Assembly: GCA_965644265.1 (NCBI GenBank)
Contig: OZ286461.1
Location: 96,472,001 to 96,536,000 of the forward strand
Reading direction: 5' to 3'
Source: Glycera tridactyla
Taxonomy: Eukaryota
DNA: 64,000 bases
Shown here: positions 58,985-64,000 of the stretch, in pieces
Numbering within the stretch: position 1 is the first letter of the stretch
How the letters are laid out: every line of letters begins with the position of its first letter
Notes under the pieces: generated by a model
Seen by the model: only the letters and a program-made list of their open reading frames with translations
Told to the model about the DNA's origin: nothing
Database searches by the model: none
Program-made: the position numbers and the translations under genes

Positions 58985-61900
58985 AAAAAATCTTAGATTA
59001 CAGCTTCTGAGAAGTCAGTGACGATCCTGTTATAGTCAGCATCATGAAAATCGTTGGAAAAGTATGTATGTAGTGAGAATTGTTATCATTCGGTTCGAAT
59101 ATTGCTCTCTTCCGACAGAATATGTCATACTAGCAGAAAGTTTGGTTGCATCATCAATGTGGTGAGATGGTCATACATATTGGCCACTACTGGACCAGGA
59201 CATCATCCACTTGACTAGATGATTTCTCCTTGATTGACAGTTGTCTGTGTACACATGTCAGATTGAACAGCCTGGTTTGTTGCATTTCCTGTCCCCCCAC
59301 ACTTATCACGATAGTAGCGACACGTTCCTTGGCAAGGAGTAGATCATTCGTATGTTCGCTAGCTTTGTTATGAGTAATCTGTCCAGTCAGCACTTTCTCC
59401 CTATGCTGCATGTATGCATTCATGTGGTGGCGTTACATTGGTAATATATCGGAAGTCTGTATACTAACTTATCAAGGGTGGGATGTGAGAAAATTCTCAT
59501 CTGTTGTCAAAAACAGGCTGGATGAATTTTCACAATATAGCTCAAGCAATGTGATTTTGTGCCCCGTGTCTAGCATCTACGAGGGCCAGATGCCTCGTAC
59601 GCAGCAAGCAGCACTCTCCAGAAGCTTAACGAAGTTCATGGAGAATTAGAAAATGAAAGATAGGCAAGATGGCAGCGGGGATGAAGATAGCTGAAAGTCC
59701 AGCTTGGAGGCTGTGCATTTCACAAAACGTTCAAAAGCATGTACCAATCTATCGAATCATTCTACTCTGATAGGATTATGCTCAAAATAATCTTTCACCA
59801 TCTTCTGCATGTTTCTTCACGTAATTCATTATTTTCTCTGTGTCACAAAAAGGTGAGCCGCCTATTGCTGCAATTTTTGATCTCTCATATCTTATTTCTA
59901 TCTGCATCAAATCTGTGCCAGTTTCATTCCTTAGTTGCCTGGTTTTTCTGACTATGTGTCCTTTTTGGAGTGAAAATCACTGCACGTTCTGAGAGGAAAA
60001 TGATAGGTGAAGCATTAGGGTGGGCGCCCGTGACGGTAGACTGGCAGGCGGGAATGGCCAGTAACATAATGTAATGAATCCCTCTCGACTTCCAGCCTCT
60101 CATTAATCCACAAAAAAGCTTCTGCTGTAACATGCCAATAAATGTCGAGTTCCACGTGTATTTTGTCGCATACTCCTGAGTACAGCCTGTTGATTTCAAA
60201 AGAACAATAAAGTTCCGTTCGATGCCCATAACTTGAATGCACTCTTTCATGCTCATTGAATGAGTGTCTCGATATAGCCTAGGTTGGGCGGACAGGACGA
60301 GACCCTCTAAGCAAGCAAGCAAGCAAGCAAGCGAACAAACAAACAAGCAAGAAAGCAACTCATCAAGCAACCAAGTTATAAATCGAACGATCTCCCGTGC
60401 AGCTTGCCTTCTAGCTGAATCAATAGGTCCAGAGGTGGTTTCGCGCGTGTTAGACTTTAAATCTGATGAGAGCGTAGACTGTACCCACGAGAACCTACAA
60501 AACCTTCACTATCAGAACAACCTACCCAACCTACAGACATAATCATCTTTCTAATACCGGACACCTTCAGGGCAACAGCTCATGTATACTCATACTTTAG
60601 ATTATACTCAACCGAGCATATTAGTTTCTGCATACCACTTTATAAATTCACATACTTCATATTGAATAATGAACACCTCCCTGTTTTCCTTATTGCTATA
60701 TCAAGTTACTTATTGTTTTTCTTTTTCTCAAGTTTCAAGTGAGCTATTCCTGTATTTGTGTTGCATTGGATTGAGTCATTGATGGACCTTAGCTATTGGG
60801 AGAGAGAAAGATCGATCCGAACATCTGCTGTAGACATGATAGTCTTGTTAAACTGGTTTCTGGAAGATATCTACGTGGTATGTACATAGCTGATTCTGGC
60901 CTCATACGTTTGTATGGGTATGAGTTGTGTTCATGTCTACTAGTTCATGAAGTTGAGATTTCCCTCTCTATGGTTTGAACCAGGGGTAGAACCCAGAACC
61001 TTCCAATCGAGCTTTGCAATAACATCTTGCGACCATCTTGCAACTAGACGTTCTCTTAGCCACTCAGTGAACCTCATCAAGACAAACATCTTAGGACAAG
61101 CAGTCTCGTAATGAGGAGTGGGCAATGATGGATTGTCACCCCAAAGGGACACACTGGTCCTGTGCTTGTACTAGTGACAATGTATCTTTATGATATATTA
61201 CGTTCACGTACGGTTTGTCCCTGCAATAAAGATAATATTGCATCAGGTACCACTGTCCTACTTGCAGTTTTCTGATCCTTCATTGCCGCTATGGTGACAA
61301 TTTGTTGTATTCTCTATTCAGTGCTCATGAGTATGCTTCTTCATCATTTATCGTTCACATGCACTCGCAATGAAATCCGTTATCCACATTACATAGGTTG
61401 AGGAAAGTTTTCTCCGCGTAGAATGGATTCCGAATTGGGCATGTATCAACCTCTGAATTGCATATAATATCGCTCAGAATACGGATAATATATCACTATA
61501 CTGGGGCCGATATTCGCTCTACATCTGCTCATAGTCGTGGCGATGAGCAAGCACTGCAATCATGCAGCTTACAGCAAAAACCAGAGATCATGTAAGTATT
61601 TGATCGGATCGCATCGCATGAGAGGGGACTGCTGCGAGATATGACAAGGATGATGACCGAGTGAAGCCTTCTGGCAGTCCCATCCAATGGCTTCAGTGAT
61701 CAGGCCTCATGCTCCAACGGTGAATGATATTGAGAATTATCTCACATACGTGGAATATATTGAAAATATATAATATTTGAATTCACCGGTCAGTCTCCGA
61801 ATTTAGCCACTCTCTAGAGTCCCGAGGAGCGTGAATTGGATTCCGGGAGAGTGAAAAGATTTTTTTAATTGATGAGAAAGTGGTGAATTTATTGTGAATG

Positions 61901-62328
61901 CAGAATACCACAATTTTGAATCCACCAACAAAAGAATACCCTCAAGGAGAGTGAATATATTTGCGGGAGAGTGATTCGTCCAATTTGCTCTTCTGATGGG
62001 AGAGTGGTTTTTCGTGAAGACTGTCACCAACATTGATTCCTGATTGATGCAAGTCAAATCCACGGAGCCTTGCTGTTCCGATGCTCACCGTTAGACGGTG
62101 TTTGGTTGGCGTCACACAGCTCGCTCAATGCCATCTAGCGACAAGTGCGGCAAACATGCTAATGGGGTCTCTGTGTCTGAATCTCACTTTAAACTGACTC
62201 TCAAAAGATTGTTTACCTTGGAGTTATCATTCAAGGTTGGATTACATTTCCCTGAGCTGGGAGTGATAACGATGTCCCTGCCTGCCTGTTTCTCTCTGCC
62301 GACATTAAATCTTGTTACAAGATGAGAC

Positions 62329-64000
62329 GATGGCGAATCTGGGCTGATGTTTCCTTCCAAACAGAGGCACACGGCACCAGACAGTCACTAGAACATACAG
62401 ATAGAAGCTCTGTCACTTCATTCATATTCTCTGATGACGGATCTGGGCTGATGTTTCCTTCCAAACAGAGGCACACGGGACCAGACAGTCACTAGAACAT
62501 ACAGATAGAAGCTCTGTCACTTCATTCATATTCTCTGATGACGGATCTGGGCTGATGTTTCCTTCCAAACAGAGGCACACGGGACCAGACAGTCACTAGA
62601 ACATACAGATAGAAGCTCTGTCACTTCATTCATATTCTCTGATGACGGATCTGGGCTGATGTTTCCTTTCAAACAGAGGCACACGGGACCAGACAGTCAC
62701 TAGAACATTCAGATAGAAGCTCTGTCACTTCATTCATATTCTCTGATGACGGATCTGGGCTGATGTTTCCTTTCAAACAGAGGCACATGGGACCAGACAG
62801 TCACTAGAACATACAGATAGAAGCTCTGTCACTTCATTCATATTCTCTGATGACGGATCTGGGCTGATGTTTCCTTCCAAACAGAGGCACACGGGACCAG
62901 ACAGTCACTAGAACATACAGATAGAAGCTCTGTCACTTCATTCATATTCTCTGATGACGGATCTGGGCTGATGTTTCCTTCCAAACAGAGGCACACGGGA
63001 CCAGACAGTCACTAGAACATACAGATAGAAGCTCTGTCACTTCATTCATATTCTCTGATGACGGATCTGGGCTGATGTTTCCTTCCAAACAGAGGCACAC
63101 GGGACCAGACAGTCACTAGAACATACAGATAGAAGCTCTGTCACTTCATTCATATTCTCTGATGACGGATCTGGGCTGATGTTTCCTTCCAAACAGAGGC
63201 ACACGGGACCAGACAGTCACTAGAACATACAGATAGAAGCTCTGTCACTTCATTCATATTCTCTGATGACGGATCTGGGCTGATGTTTCCTTCCAAACAG
63301 AGGCACACGGGACCAGACAGTCACTAGAACATACAGATAGAAGCTCTGTCACTTCATTCATATTCTCTGATGACGGATCTGGGCTGATGTTTCCTCCCAA
63401 ACAGAGGCACACGGGACCAGACAGTCACTAGAACATACAGATAGAAGCTCTGTCACTTCATTCATATTCTCTGATGATGGATCTGGGCTGATGTTTCCTT
63501 CCAAACAGAGGCACACGGGACCAGACAGTCACTAGAACATTCAGATAGAAGCTCTGTCACTTCATTCATATTCTCTGATGACGGATCTGGGCTGATGTTT
63601 CCTTCCAAACAGAGGCACACGGGACCAGACAGTCACTAGAACATTCAGATAGAAGCTCTGTCACTTCATTCATATTCTCTGATGACGGATCTGGGCTGAT
63701 GTTGTCTTCCAAACAGAGGCACACGGGACCAGACAGTCACTAGAACATTCAGATAGAAGCTCTGTCACTTCATTCATATTCTCTGATGACGGATCTGGGC
63801 TGATGTTTCCTTCCAAACAGAGACACACGGGACCAGACAGTCACTAGAACATACAGATAGAAGCTCTGTCACTTCATTCATATTCTCTGATGACGGATCT
63901 GGGCTGATGTTTCCTTCCAAACAGAGACACACGGGACCAGACAGTCACTAGAACATACAGATAGAAGCTCTGTCACTTCATTCATATTCTCTGATGACGG
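62329..64000. repeat. 104-bp tandem satellite, >=16 copies, continues beyond the window
   Basis: GACGGATCTGGGCTGATG... recurs at 62436, 62540, 62644 ... with an exact 104-bp period up to 64000; only scattered single-base variants. Confidence 0.97.

Noticed and set aside
46133-59010. Long ORFs spanning N runs or microsatellites (e.g. 46133-46542, 54528-54892, 57718-59010)
   Set aside because: Artefacts of gaps and of stop-free simple repeats.
59410-60370. ORFs 59410-59649 (+), 59924-60370 (-) and 60015-60242 (-) as genes or TE proteins
   Set aside because: Only faint resemblances (e.g. GHSRLPVY) with no complete motif; one ORF begins in a (GCAA)n microsatellite.
60975-61075. Degenerate minus-strand A/B-box-like sequence as a second SINE or tRNA
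   Set aside because: Boxes deviate at key positions and no TSD or tail is identifiable.
46460-61590. Isolated exon-like AG...GT segments (e.g. ~46460-46532, 47261-47450, ~61534-61589)
   Set aside because: Either stops in all frames or no compatible partner exons or homology, so no gene model can be supported.
62329-64000. Satellite as a CRISPR array, hammerhead-ribozyme retrozyme or coding repeat
   Set aside because: No unique spacers. CTGATGA is present but the required downstream GAAA is absent on that strand. A 104-bp period is not a multiple of 3.

Overview
Eukaryotic, intron-rich, AT-leaning DNA from an invertebrate animal (lophotrochozoan-like repeat content; the taxon is an inference). 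Bases 15-39803 hold the 3' part of one very large + strand gene. By hand I can splice 54 GT-AG exons into one open frame of 9752 nt (about 3250 aa), with the start upstream of the window. The gene is a tandem array of a five-exon cassette (A 202 nt, B ~221, C 54-84, D 201, E 201; intron phases 1-2-1-1-1) repeated 10 full times plus A-B-C', then a unique last exon, stop codon and AATAAA. The predicted protein is acidic, Leu-rich and helical-looking. It has only 3 Lys in ~3250 aa, two invariant Cys per ~297-aa repeat and a conserved PFHGPL...VH...R motif. I cannot assign it to a known family. Bases 40-64 kb contain no host gene I can support. They hold a dispersed repeat family, a modular inverted-repeat cluster, an intact tRNA-derived SINE with a 16-bp TSD, a decayed LINE RT, microsatellites, three N gaps and a 104-bp satellite that runs off the end.
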